A stretch of DNA of 64,000 bases, taken from contig CBDFIQ010000002.1 of assembly GCA_965248195.1 (NCBI GenBank), positions 736,001 through 800,000 of the forward strand, in the 5' to 3' direction. Origin of the DNA: Longimicrobiales bacterium. GTDB lineage: Bacteria; Gemmatimonadota; Gemmatimonadetes; Longimicrobiales; Gaopeijiaceae. Below the pieces are notes generated by a model. That model saw only the letters and a program-made list of their open reading frames with translations. It was not told the DNA's origin and made no database searches. A program made the position numbers and the translations under genes. Below are positions 1 through 10,700 of this stretch, one piece after another (position 1 is the first letter of the stretch; every line of letters begins with the position of its first letter).

Positions 1-68
1 CCTTGGAAAGCCGGCAACCTTGGCCGGCGGCGCGTTTTTGGAACGGCAGGAGCGCCAGCGGCGGAAAC

Positions 69-431
69 ATGTCCCACCCGGAACTCACGATAAGCGGTGT
101 TTTGCTGCCCATTCGCCTCGGTTGTTCGGTGGACGAGCGTCTCGATCCACAGCCGGTCGAGATCGATCTCACGATCCGATTCGGGACCCCTCCCCGAGGG
201 ATGATCACGGATCGTCTCGAGGACACCGTTAGCTACGACTCATTGGTTGGCGCGATCAAGGAGGTGGCTTCGGATCGCGAGTTCTCACTGATCGAACACC
301 TGGCGAATGAGATTTTCGTGTCACTTAGGAGCATCGTCGGGCCGGAGCACGAGCTTCGAGTCACGGTTCGAAAGGTCTCGCCGCCCATCCCGGAAATCAC
401 CAAGGGTGCGGAATTCACGGTCGGCGACTGA
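69..431 (+). CDS. folB: Dihydroneopterin aldolase
   Basis: Motifs 'LGCSVDER...QPVEIDL', 'DRLEDTVSY', 'LIEHLA' and 'VRKVSPP'; lies directly upstream of folK-folP; ATG at 69 preferred over the ORF-track start. Confidence 0.9.
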   Translation: MSHPELTISGVLLPIRLGCSVDERLDPQPVEIDLTIRFGTPPRGMITDRLEDTVSYDSLVGAIKEVASDREFSLIEHLANEIFVSLRSIVGPEHELRVTVRKVSPPIPEITKGAEFTVGD

Positions 432-434
432 GCC

Positions 435-1799
435 ATGGTGATCCTCGGCCTCGGCGGCAATCTGGGAAACCGCGCGATCCATCTGAAGAGGGCTATTTCG
501 CGCCTGTCTCGGGGATGTGGAGCGGTTCTTCACGGCGTGAAATTGAGCCGGATCTATGAATCACCCGCGCTGACGCCGTCTGGGGCCCCGGCCGCATGGG
601 ACCTCCCCTATTTGAACTGTGCTCTTTCCGGAGAGACGACCCTCGAGCCGGATGCGCTCCTGAGACGGGTCAAGGAAATCGAGAGATCGTTGGGCCGCCA
701 AGACCATGAGCGGTGGGCCCCGAGAGTAGTCGACATAGATATCCTCTGGTGGCATGGAAGCGAGGTGCGATCCGAGAGTCTGACCATCCCCCATCCGGAA
801 ATTCTGCGGCGACCGTTCGTATTGCAGCCTCTGCGTGACCTGATTCCGGAGGTGATCCTCGAGGGCGAGACCCTGGAGATGCACGCCATCCGGGTCGAGG
901 CCCAGGCGTCCGCGGCGGAGGAGGGTACGCTCCCGGCTATCCACTCGCCGGAGGCCGACTTCGAGGTCAATTGCCCCACGCTCATGGGAATCCTCAACGT
1001 CACTCCCGACAGCTTCAGTGACGGCGGGCGCTTCATGAAACCCGAGGCCGCGCTTGGGCACGCCAGGAGGCTCTTGGCGGCGGGCGCCGGCATCATCGAC
1101 GTCGGCGCCGAATCCACGCGCCCCCACGGCGCTGCCCTCCATCCGGAAACCGAGTGGGAACGAGTGGAGCCGGTGCTGCACGGGCTGCGGAAACTTCAGG
1201 AGGAGTTCCGGCCGTCCGGCCCTCGATATCCTTTCCAGATCAGCATCGATTCCCGAAATCCTTCGACCGTTCGTTCGGCGCTGGGAATGGGCGTGGACGT
1301 GCTGAACGACGTCACGGGGTTCCGCCATCCCGGAATGCTGGAGATCGCCCAGGGTACGGACGTCCCACTCGTTTTCATGCACAGTCTGTCCATTCCGGTT
1401 GTGAAGGGGGAGTCCATTCCGCGCGATCGGGACCCTATGGAGTTCTTGATCGCGTGGGCGCACGAACGGTTGGCCGATTTCGATCACAGAGGAATCGCCC
1501 GGCACCGCCTCATCTTCGATCCCGGGATCGGCTTCGGAAAATCGGTCCGCCAAAATTGGCATATTCTGGAGCACGTGGAGCGCTTCCATGACCTTGGCCT
1601 ACCGCTACTCATTGGGCACAGCCGGAAGTCCTTCCTGCAAGCGGTGACGGACAAGGCGAGTGCAGAACGCGATGCGGAGACGCTCGCCGTCAGCCAGGGT
1701 CTCACCACGAAGGGCGTAGAAATTCTTCGCGTACACGACGTGGAAGGACACGCGCGGCTGTTCCATAGGCTCCACTCGACGATCATGGCTTCAGCGTAG
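435..1799 (+). CDS. folKP: Fused HPPK / dihydropteroate synthase (FolK-FolP)
   Basis: N-terminal HPPK motifs 'LGLGGNLG', 'ERWAPRVVDIDIL', 'IPHP...RPFVLQPL'; C-terminal DHPS motifs 'MGILNVTPDSFSDGG', 'GAESTRP', 'DPGIGFGK', 'GHSRKSF', 'LRVHDV'. Confidence 0.95.
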   Translation: MVILGLGGNLGNRAIHLKRAISRLSRGCGAVLHGVKLSRIYESPALTPSGAPAAWDLPYLNCALSGETTLEPDALLRRVKEIERSLGRQDHERWAPRVVDIDILWWHGSEVRSESLTIPHPEILRRPFVLQPLRDLIPEVILEGETLEMHAIRVEAQASAAEEGTLPAIHSPEADFEVNCPTLMGILNVTPDSFSDGGRFMKPEAALGHARRLLAAGAGIIDVGAESTRPHGAALHPETEWERVEPVLHGLRKLQEEFRPSGPRYPFQISIDSRNPSTVRSALGMGVDVLNDVTGFRHPGMLEIAQGTDVPLVFMHSLSIPVVKGESIPRDRDPMEFLIAWAHERLADFDHRGIARHRLIFDPGIGFGKSVRQNWHILEHVERFHDLGLPLLIGHSRKSFLQAVTDKASAERDAETLAVSQGLTTKGVEILRVHDVEGHARLFHRLHSTIMASA

Positions 1800-1858
1800 G
1801 AGGGTGAGCGGACGGGGGGCGGGTCGCGCTGCACTCGGGCTTCTGAGCCAAAGGGAAA

Positions 1859-2863
1859 TCAGTCCGGTCCCCGCCACTCCCGCAGGAACTCGAGCAGGAC
1901 GGACGCCGAGTTGCCTGCGGCCAGAGGGCCGAACATGCGGATCTGATTCCCGCTTTCGTTGGCACCGGCAAGATCAGACAGGGATCGGAACCCCAGGAAT
2001 GGCACGCCGTTGAGCGTGGCAACCTGAGAGATCGCTGCCGTCTCCATGTCCACGGCTTCTGCGGCGAACGTGCGCCAGATCCAGTCGCGAAACTCGGCGT
2101 TGTTCACGAAGGTGGAACCACTGACCCCGTTGCCCCCAACAACAACACGGGGTTGGTGGTCGAGGCAATCGCCGTCTGGCAGGCAACGGGCCAGCGTGAT
2201 GTCCGCCGCGACCGTGCGAGCGACGACAAGCATGTCGTCATCAACCGAAAACCAGAATTGTCGGCGCTGCCCCCGGGCTCCGAAGCCACCGCCACTGAGA
2301 AACTGCCCGCGTGGAAACATCATGCCGAAGTTCTCGAATTCGCCGCCGCGCCCGTCGGTGTCCCAACCGTCGTCGGTTGCTCTCGCGAAGACCATCTCCT
2401 GGTGCTGCCCCCATTGCGCCGGCACCACGACGTCGCCGACCGACAAGTCCGGGCTCACGCCCCCAGCAATACCCGAGACAACGATCCCACCGACGTCGAA
2501 GTGATCGATCACCGCCTGGGTCGCCGCCGCAGCGTTGACCATGCTGATGCCGGCAAGGACCAACACAACTGCGTGCCCTTCGAGGCGGCCCACGTGGTGC
2601 GTCCGCCCTGCGATCTCCACCGTGCGCTCTATGCGCGCTACGGTGAGCAGGCGATCGAGCTCTTCCGGTAGGGCCGAGATGACGACGACACGTTGCACGT
2701 CAGCGTCGCGATATGAAGGGGGCTGATTCGTGCCGGCCGGTTGAGGCTCACCGGCCTGAACCGTGGTAGACGAGGCAGAAACGCAGCCCTGCAACGCTCC
2801 GACGGTGAGGGCAACACCCAGAACCAACGCACGAGTTCGCATGGCCAGCCATTCTGACGTCAT
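1859..2863 (-). CDS. MTA/SAH nucleosidase family (PNP_UDP_1) protein, predicted lipoprotein
   Basis: Motifs 'ISALPEE', 'GISMVNAA', 'SGIAGG', 'AVDMETAA', 'FRSLSDLA'; lipobox-like 'LTVGALQGC'; start at 2863 or 2842. Confidence 0.85.
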   Translation of the reverse strand: MTSEWLAMRTRALVLGVALTVGALQGCVSASSTTVQAGEPQPAGTNQPPSYRDADVQRVVVISALPEELDRLLTVARIERTVEIAGRTHHVGRLEGHAVVLVLAGISMVNAAAATQAVIDHFDVGGIVVSGIAGGVSPDLSVGDVVVPAQWGQHQEMVFARATDDGWDTDGRGGEFENFGMMFPRGQFLSGGGFGARGQRRQFWFSVDDDMLVVARTVAADITLARCLPDGDCLDHQPRVVVGGNGVSGSTFVNNAEFRDWIWRTFAAEAVDMETAAISQVATLNGVPFLGFRSLSDLAGANESGNQIRMFGPLAAGNSASVLLEFLREWRGPD

Positions 2864-4127
2864 TAGGCCGCCCGGTTGCTTTGTCGACGGTCGAGCTGTT
2901 TCATAGGCGGCATTCGTAGGCAATAGGCCACATTAGAGGACAATAGACAACGGCGTGCTCCCAGGCTCATAGGAAATTCGATGAAAGAAATCTTGACCTC
3001 TTTGGGTATTGAAGACAGCAATCTCGGGGGATTCTGCGGGGAATGGGTGGGATCCGGCCCTGAGCTTGCGGTCACGACTCCGATCGACGGATCGAAGCTT
3101 GCCACGGTGCGGCAGGTCACCGAGGGGGAGTACGACGCCATCGTCTCCCGTGCCCACGAGGCGTTCATGCGCTGGCGCACCGTCCCGGCTCCTCGCCGTG
3201 GGGATTTGGTCCGTCAGATTGGGGGCCGGCTGCGCGAAGTCAAGGCCGAGTTGGGCGCGCTCGTCACCCTCGAGATGGGCAAGATCAGAGCCGAGGGCGA
3301 GGGCGAAGTCCAGGAGATGATCGACATCTGCGACTTCGCCACGGGTCTATCCCGTCAGTTATATGGGCTCACGATCGCCTCCGAACGGCGAGACCACCGG
3401 ATGATGGAGCAGTGGCACCCCCTAGGGGTTGTCGGGGTGATCAGCGCATTCAATTTCCCGGTGGCTGTTTGGAGCTGGAACGCGGCACTCGCTTCGGTAT
3501 GTGGAGATTCCGTCCTGTGGAAGCCGGCGAGCCAGACGCCTCTCACGGCCATCGCCGTTACCAAGGTTGCCCAAGCCGTCTGTGAAGAAAATGGGGTCGA
3601 TCCCGCTATCTTCTCGCTCACGGTGGGGAAGGGATCCACGGTTGGGGACAGGCTCCTCCACGATCGCAGGATCCCCCTCGTGTCGGCGACCGGGAGTTGC
3701 GCAGTGGGATATCGGGTTGGGGAGGTGGTGGGCAAGCGGCTCGGCCGCACGATTCTGGAGCTCGGTGGCAACAACGCGGTCATCGTGACGGCACACGCCG
3801 ATCTCGATCTGGCGCTCCCTGCAATCCTATTCGGTTCGGTGGGGACGGCGGGACAGCGATGCACGAGCACCCGCCGAATCATCGTTCATGAGTCGGTCCG
3901 GGAAGAATTTGTCGAGCGCCTAACGCGGGCCTATGAAGGTGTTCGCGTTGGAAATCCCCTGGAACCAGAAACGCTGATGGGGCCGCTCGTGAACGGTGGG
4001 GCTGTCGAAGACCTCCAGAGTACGATTTCACGGGTTCGGAAAGAGGGCGGGGAGATCCTGTATGGAGGCGAGCCGCTTGAGGGTCCGGAGTACCCGGGCG
4101 GGCACTATGTAAGGCCGTGCATCGCGT

Positions 4128-5503
4128 GGTCAAGTCCCGATTTGTGTGTAAAAGCGGAGGAAGCTCCTCGCCTTCGGCTAGGCTGCTTGGGCGACCTCCT
4201 GTTTCTGGAGGAGTGAGAGGTCGAGGTAACGCCGGTCGCCCCAGACGTGTGTGGTCCTGAGTGCGACGGCCGTGATGAGCCTGAGGGCGCTGGCCCGGTC
4301 CGGGAAGGCGCCGGCGGCCTTGATCCTGCGTTTGATCTCGCCGTGCAGCCGCTCGAGGCTGTTGGTGGTACGCAGCCGGGGCCAGTGCGCCTCGGGGAAC
4401 GCGTAGAACTGCGTCGCTGCCCCGAAGCCCCGCTCCAGGACCTCCACGGCCTCGGGCAGCTCCTTCTTCCAGCGTGCGCCGAACTCGCCCAGGAGCTTCT
4501 TCGCCTCGGCGAGTCCGGATGTCTGGAAGATCACCGAGACCTCACGCGCCACGCGCTTGCGTAGGCGGTGGGGGACCCTCGCCCCCACATTACGCTGCAG
4601 ATGGACCGTACACCTCTGACGGCGTGCCTCGGGCAGGAAGCGGCGGACCGCAGCTGCCAGGCCTGCGTGCTCATCGGCGATCACGAGCTCGACACCGCCG
4701 AGGCCGCGGTCCTGGAGTTGCTCGAGGAGCTCCGACCAGCTCTGCTGCGACTCCTCAGCGCCCAGCGTGACGGCCAGGAGCCGTCGGTGACCCTCAGGGC
4801 CCACTGCATACGCCACGAGCGCACTCACGTTCTCGACTTTGCGGGCCCAGCGGGCGTCCAAGAACGTGGCGTCCAGGTACAGATAGGGGTGAGGCCCCTC
4901 GATCGGCGCACGGCGCAGCCCTTCCACGGCCTCGTCGAGCCGTTTTGCCACACGACTCACCGTCGAGCGCCCAACACGCTCGCCCATCAGCGCCTCGGTG
5001 ACGTCGCCCATCTTGCGCTGTGACACGCCGCTCACATACGCCTCGACCATCATCTCGTCGAGCTCGGGGCTCCTGCGCTGGTAGCGGCCGATCACGTCGG
5101 CCGGCGAACCGTTGTCCCGGCTCCGGGGCATGGCGACCTCGATCTGCCCCAGGCTCGTCAGCAGCCGCCTCAGGTATGTGCCGTTCCTATGGTCCTTCCG
5201 GCTTCCCACCCGCTCGAAGCGGCGTGCACCTACCATGGCCTTCAGCTCCTCTTCCAGCACCATCTCGAGCGTCAGCCGGATCGCGCCTTGAAACAGCTCG
5301 CGCAAATCATCGCGTAGCTCGTCTTGCGTGGCCCGACCGATCTCCACAATCTCTTGCATCGGAAGCTCCTCTCCGGTTCCGAGCCTGCTCTGCAGACCCG
5401 GACTCCCGGGTTCATGTGACAGTGAACAACAACAGAGGAGCTTCCGTTTTTCTTTCCCTCCTGTCCAGCTTATCCGCTTTTACACAAATCTAGGGACACT
5501 ACC
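4128..5503 (-). mobile_element. IS256-family insertion sequence, copy 1 (1376 bp)
   Basis: Imperfect 31-bp terminal inverted repeats (ggtcaagtcccgatttgtgtgtaaaagcgga / ggtagtgtccctagatttgtgtaaaagcgga); 8-bp target duplication catcgcgt at 4120-4127 and 5504-5511. Confidence 0.95.
4178..5359 (-). CDS. IS256-family (Mutator-like DDE) transposase
   Basis: Motifs 'RNGTY.R.L.T..G', 'YLYLDA', 'IADEHAGL', 'QRCTVH..RN', '[15 protein letters not shown]'. Confidence 0.95.
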   Translation of the reverse strand: MQEIVEIGRATQDELRDDLRELFQGAIRLTLEMVLEEELKAMVGARRFERVGSRKDHRNGTYLRRLLTSLGQIEVAMPRSRDNGSPADVIGRYQRRSPELDEMMVEAYVSGVSQRKMGDVTEALMGERVGRSTVSRVAKRLDEAVEGLRRAPIEGPHPYLYLDATFLDARWARKVENVSALVAYAVGPEGHRRLLAVTLGAEESQQSWSELLEQLQDRGLGGVELVIADEHAGLAAAVRRFLPEARRQRCTVHLQRNVGARVPHRLRKRVAREVSVIFQTSGLAEAKKLLGEFGARWKKELPEAVEVLERGFGAATQFYAFPEAHWPRLRTTNSLERLHGEIKRRIKAAGAFPDRASALRLITAVALRTTHVWGDRRYLDLSLLQKQEVAQAA

Positions 5504-5987
5504 CATCGCGTCGGGGAAGAACAGCTTCGCGATCGTCCAGGAAGAGACGTTCGCTCCGATCCTTTACGTCATCGGGTACGGTGAGGCGTCGTCGTCCCGC
5601 AAGGAATCCGTAGACGAACTTTCCGCGGCGATGCAACTCCACAACAGTGTCCCCCAGGGCCTTTCCTCGGCGATTTTCACAGAGCACGTGAGAGAAGCGG
5701 AATTTTTTCTGTCGCATCGTGGGAGTGACTGCGGTATCGCCAACGTGAACATCGGGACCAGCGGCGCCGAAATCGGCGGCGCTTTCGGGGGCGAAAAGGA
5801 GACGGGTGGAGGGAGGGAGTCCGGCTCCGATGCCTGGAAGGCCTACATGCGGCGACAGACCAACACGGTCAATTGGAGCACTGAGCTGCCGTTGGCCCAG
5901 GGGATCGAGTTCGGTGGGTAGGGGGTGGTCCCCCCCCGGGGGACCGATGAATCCTGTGGGGCGGTCGGACGTAGGGAGAGAAAGAAA

Positions 5988-6041
5988 GAGTGTAGTGTGG
6001 ATGAAGAGTGTAGTGTTGACGTTGAGTGAAGCGTGGATGTT
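5988..6041. repeat. Intergenic imperfect 18-bp tandem repeat x3
   Basis: gagtgtagtgtggatgaa / gagtgtagtgttgacgtt / gagtgaagcgtggatgtt. Confidence 0.75.
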
Positions 6042-6175
6042 GACGGGGATTGGGCGTCGGGCGCTAAGGAGCCCGATGCGATGAGGAGGTGAGTACGTGG
6101 CAAGCTGTAAGGGTACCACCAAGAAAGGAACACGCTGTCGGATGAACGCGCTGGAGGGCTCCGACTATTGTGTGA

Positions 6176-7551
6176 GGTCAAGTCCCGATTTGTGTGTAAA
6201 AGCGGAGGAAGCTCCTCGCCTTCGGCTAGGCTGCTTGGGCGACCTCCTGTTTCTGGAGGAGTGAGAGGTCGAGGTAACGCCGGTCGCCCCAGACGTGTGT
6301 GGTCCTGAGTGCGACGGCCGTGATGAGCCTGAGGGCGCTGGCCCGGTCCGGGAAGGCGCCGGCGGCCTTGATCCTGCGTTTGATCTCGCCGTGCAGCCGC
6401 TCGAGGCTGTTGGTGGTACGCAGCCGGGGCCAGTGCGCCTCGGGGAACGCGTAGAACTGCGTCGCTGCCCCGAAGCCCCGCTCCAGGACCTCCACGGCCT
6501 CGGGCAGCTCCTTCTTCCAGCGTGCGCCGAACTCGCCCAGGAGCTTCTTCGCCTCGGCGAGTCCGGATGTCTGGAAGATCACCGAGACCTCACGCGCCAC
6601 GCGCTTGCGTAGGCGGTGGGGGACCCTCGCCCCCACATTACGCTGCAGATGGACCGTACACCTCTGACGGCGTGCCTCGGGCAGGAAGCGGCGGACCGCA
6701 GCTGCCAGGCCTGCGTGCTCATCGGCGATCACGAGCTCGACACCGCCGAGGCCGCGGTCCTGGAGTTGCTCGAGGAGCTCCGACCAGCTCTGCTGCGACT
6801 CCTCAGCGCCCAGCGTGACGGCCAGGAGCCGTCGGTGACCCTCAGGGCCCACTGCATACGCCACGAGCGCACTCACGTTCTCGACTTTGCGGGCCCAGCG
6901 GGCGTCCAAGAACGTGGCGTCCAGGTACAGATAGGGGTGAGGCCCCTCGATCGGCGCACGGCGCAGCCCTTCCACGGCCTCGTCGAGCCGTTTTGCCACA
7001 CGACTCACCGTCGAGCGCCCAACACGCTCGCCCATCAGCGCCTCGGTGACGTCGCCCATCTTGCGCTGTGACACGCCGCTCACATACGCCTCGACCATCA
7101 TCTCGTCGAGCTCGGGGCTCCTGCGCTGGTAGCGGCCGATCACGTCGGCCGGCGAACCGTTGTCCCGGCTCCGGGGCATGGCGACCTCGATCTGCCCCAG
7201 GCTCGTCAGCAGCCGCCTCAGGTATGTGCCGTTCCTATGGTCCTTCCGGCTTCCCACCCGCTCGAAGCGGCGTGCACCTACCATGGCCTTCAGCTCCTCT
7301 TCCAGCACCATCTCGAGCGTCAGCCGGATCGCGCCTTGAAACAGCTCGCGCAAATCATCGCGTAGCTCGTCTTGCGTGGCCCGACCGATCTCCACAATCT
7401 CTTGCATCGGAAGCTCCTCTCCGGTTCCGAGCCTGCTCTGCAGACCCGGACTCCCGGGTTCATGTGACAGTGAACAACAACAGAGGAGCTTCCGTTTTTC
7501 TTTCCCTCCTGTCCAGCTTATCCGCTTTTACACAAATCTAGGGACACTACC
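6176..7551 (-). mobile_element. IS256-family insertion sequence, copy 2 (same orientation, offset 2048 bp)
   Basis: Same termini and identical transposase translation as copy 1; 9-bp target duplication attgtgtga at 6167-6175 and 7552-7560. Confidence 0.95.
6226..7407 (-). CDS. IS256-family transposase
   Basis: 393-aa translation identical to 4178-5359. Confidence 0.95.
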   Translation of the reverse strand: MQEIVEIGRATQDELRDDLRELFQGAIRLTLEMVLEEELKAMVGARRFERVGSRKDHRNGTYLRRLLTSLGQIEVAMPRSRDNGSPADVIGRYQRRSPELDEMMVEAYVSGVSQRKMGDVTEALMGERVGRSTVSRVAKRLDEAVEGLRRAPIEGPHPYLYLDATFLDARWARKVENVSALVAYAVGPEGHRRLLAVTLGAEESQQSWSELLEQLQDRGLGGVELVIADEHAGLAAAVRRFLPEARRQRCTVHLQRNVGARVPHRLRKRVAREVSVIFQTSGLAEAKKLLGEFGARWKKELPEAVEVLERGFGAATQFYAFPEAHWPRLRTTNSLERLHGEIKRRIKAAGAFPDRASALRLITAVALRTTHVWGDRRYLDLSLLQKQEVAQAA

Positions 7552-7720
7552 ATTGTGTGATCCACATCACGCAGGATCCCGACGCACCTTCAGGCCGTGA
7601 GGCCATCGAAGAACTCGAGGGCCGGTTGAGTGAAACGGCGAAGACCGTCGTCGGGATCGCCATCGCTGCCGGGATAGTACTCACGGTCTTGATCAGGCGG
7701 CGTTAGAAGGCTCTGCGAGT

Positions 7721-10700
7721 TCAGTTAAGGGGGATCGGATCGATCCCCCGGTCGGCCAGGAGCCGGTTGAACGTTGCGACATCTTCTCTGATGGCCACCA
7801 TTTGGCGCTGGTAATCCCCCAACTCACTTCGGAGCATTTCGAAAACCTCCCGCGATTGATCCGTAGGCCGATCGTCGGTTCCGGTGATGTAACCGGCGAG
7901 GCTCGTGAGGCGGGCGTAAAGCCGCCTCGGCCAGCGGAGGATATCTTGGCGTGCGCTACCGCCGGTAAGGCGCACATCGAAGAGACGCATCTCCAGCTCG
8001 ACTAGTTCCGTTTCCAGGGTCCCACCGGCCTCGCGGATCTCTTCGACTGCGGCATGGTCGGCGTTGCGTTCCCGCACGAGCTGGGTCTGCGCCCGGATCC
8101 ACTCGATCTCGTCGATCACAGCCACCACGGAATCCACGGACTCGCGAATCTCCCGCACCATGCTCACTTGCTCCTGAATTTCCAGTTCGCTACCACCTGA
8201 GTTGGGGTCCTTCAAAAGCATCAGAGGCTGCCTGAACTCGAACCCCGCCGCATGAAGCGTGGCCGTGTAGGAACCGGGCGGAGCCAACGGCGTCACTCGG
8301 CTGCCCTCACCCGACGATCTAGAACCTTCAGCCGGCAACTCTACATGGGAGTGCTCCAACGGCTTGGTCCTGAGCGTCGGCGTGTCGGACGACGCCTCCT
8401 GAAGATCCCAGTGCACCCGATTGATCCCGGGACGGAGCAGGCCGGTCTCCAGGAGTTGGACCAACTGACCCCCCTCGTCGTGGATTTCGAGTCTTACGCC
8501 ATCCGCCGGGACCCTCTTGAGGTAGAACGAGATGGATGCGCCGTACGTCGGGTTGGTTCCAGCGCCGGGGTCCTCCGGTTGGCTCTGCGAGCGCTGTCGC
8601 GTGAGAAAGCGGTATGCGGTTCTCGGAGTGAACAGATGCGCCTCCGAGGCGATCACTTCCTCGGTCAGCTCTCGGAGAGGCGTGATATCGTCCATGATCC
8701 AAAAGCCCCGGCCATAAGTCGCGACCACCAGATCGTTGAAGTGGCCCTGGATCGTCAGATCATGGACGGGAGCCGGTGGCAAGTTATTCCGCATCCGGGT
8801 CCAGTTCCCCCCGTCATCCAGGGAGACATAGAGGGCGTTCTCGGTGCCGAGGTAGAGGAGGCCCGGCCGCACCGGGTCCTCCCGGATGACGTGGGCATAG
8901 CTGAACACGCTTCTCGGGATGGTCTGGCTCAGCGACGCCCATGAAATCCCGTAGTCCGTGGTCTTGTAGACGTAGGGCGCGGTGTCGCCCAGTTGATGGA
9001 GGTCCACCGTCAGGTAAGCCGTCCCGGCGTCGTGGGGAGACGGTTCGATATTGGAGATCGTGCCCCACGGGGGGAGGTCGGGGATGCTCTCCGTGACGTT
9101 CGTCCACGTCTGTCCCCCATCGCGCGAGAGGTGCACGAGCCCGTCGTTGGACCCGGTCCAGATCACGCCCTCTTGCCGCGGCGATTCCGCGATTGCGAAG
9201 AGAACGGCAGCGTAGGTGGGCCCCGCGTCGTCGGGAGTGAGTCCCCCGGTTTTTTGCTGTTTGGATTTATCGTTCGTCGTGAGGTCCGGGCTCAACGCTT
9301 CCCAGCTCTGGCCACCGTTCGTCGTCACGTGAACGTGCTGGCTACCGACGTAGATACGCTCATGGTCATGCGGTGAAATGTGGATGGGGAAGGTCCACTG
9401 GAAGCGGTATCGCAGCTCACCAGCGGCCCATCCCTCGGCATTGGCCGGCCACACGCTCACCCTGCGGGCCAGTCCTAACCGGTGATCGTATCGCGAGAGA
9501 ATCCCGTCGTAACACCCGGCCCACACGATGTTGGGTTCCACCGGGTCGGGCACCGAGAACCCGGTCTCGCAACCTCCCACGGACCGCCACTCCCCGATGG
9601 AAATCCCGCTGCTCCTCAGCGAATTGCTGGGGCCCATCTGCGTCGCGCCGTCCTGGCGGTTGCCGTACACCTGATAGGGGATCCGTGTGTCGGTATTCAC
9701 ATGGTACATCTGTGCGATCGGGAGCCGGGGTCGCCACCAGCTCATGCCCCGATCGGTGGAGATACTCAAACCCCCGTCGTGACCGACGATCATCCGGTCC
9801 GGGATGAGCGGGTCGATCCACATATCGTGACTGTCGACGCCGGGGTCTCCAACGGAATAATCTTCGCCGCCGTTCAGAGATCGGCTGTAGCGCGTTGAGA
9901 GAAAGTGGACTTCGTCGGGTTCGTCGGGAGCCGCCACGACACGGCTGTAGTAAAGAGGGCGTTGAGCGAGCGTGTGATCGGCGTTGACCATGCTCCAGCT
10001 GGCGCCCCCGTCGTCCGATCGCCACAGGACTCCCTCGTGTTCGTCGAGGGGCTCGTAATCACGATTCGAGTTCGTCTCGATGAGGGCGTAAATGCGGTCC
10101 GAATCCGAGGCGGTCATGGCGAGCCCGATCTTGCCCATGGTACCACTCGGAAGCCCCCGCCCTTCCAGGCGCTCCCAGCTGTCGCCCGCGTCGCGGGACA
10201 TGTAGATCCCACTTCCGGGGCCCCCACTCCAACGGCCCCAGGTCCGGATGAACATCTGCCAGGTGGCCGCAAACAGAATCTGCGGGTTATTGGGGTCCAT
10301 CACGACGTCCACGCCTCCGGTGTTCTCGTCCACGAAGAGGACCCGTTCCCAGGAGTCGCCGCCGTCGGTGGTGCGAAAGATCCCTCTTTCCTCCTGTGGG
10401 CCATAGAGGTGGCCAAGGGCCGCGGCGTACACGATGTCGGGATCGGTGGGGTGCACGATCACCCGCCCGATCCGGCCGGTTGCCGAAAGGCCCTTGTGCT
10501 CCCAGGTGGTGCCGCCATCCGTCGATCTGTAGACACCGTCGCCGATCGAGACATTGCTACGGATGAATGGCTCTCCGGTGCCGACCCAGATCACGTTGTC
10601 GGCGGAGGGTGCGATGGCGATCGCGCCGATCGACGCGGCGTCCTGTTCATCGAACATCGGGGTCCACTGGTGGCCCCCGTCCGTGGAACGGAAGACCCCC

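Larger units (their letters stand above)
2981..5921 (+). pseudogene. ALDH7/antiquitin-type aldehyde dehydrogenase (piperideine-6-carboxylate dehydrogenase-like), interrupted by IS256-family copy 1
   Basis: Motifs 'LELGGNNA', 'GTAGQRCT', 'EETFAPILY', '[38 protein letters not shown]'. Joining 2981-4127 to 5512-5921 restores one open frame of 518 aa (…[11 protein letters not shown]…). Confidence 0.93.
6097..7706 (+). pseudogene. 74-aa Cys3His zinc-finger-like (DUF5763-like) protein with C-terminal membrane anchor, interrupted by IS256-family copy 2
   Basis: RBS gaggaggtga then GTG at 6097. Joining 6097-6175 to 7561-7706 gives MASCKGTTKKGTRCRMNALEGSDYCVIHITQDPDAPSGREAIEELEGRLSETAKTVVGIAIAAGIVLTVLIRRR*. 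Confidence 0.8.

Noticed and set aside
5927..5945. Intrinsic terminator after the ALDH gene (ggtccccc-ccc-gggggacc)
   Set aside because: The hairpin is real but has no U-tract on either strand, so a terminator call is not supported.
4128..7551. Composite transposon formed by the two IS copies
   Set aside because: Each copy has its own target duplication and the outer flanks do not match, so they inserted separately.
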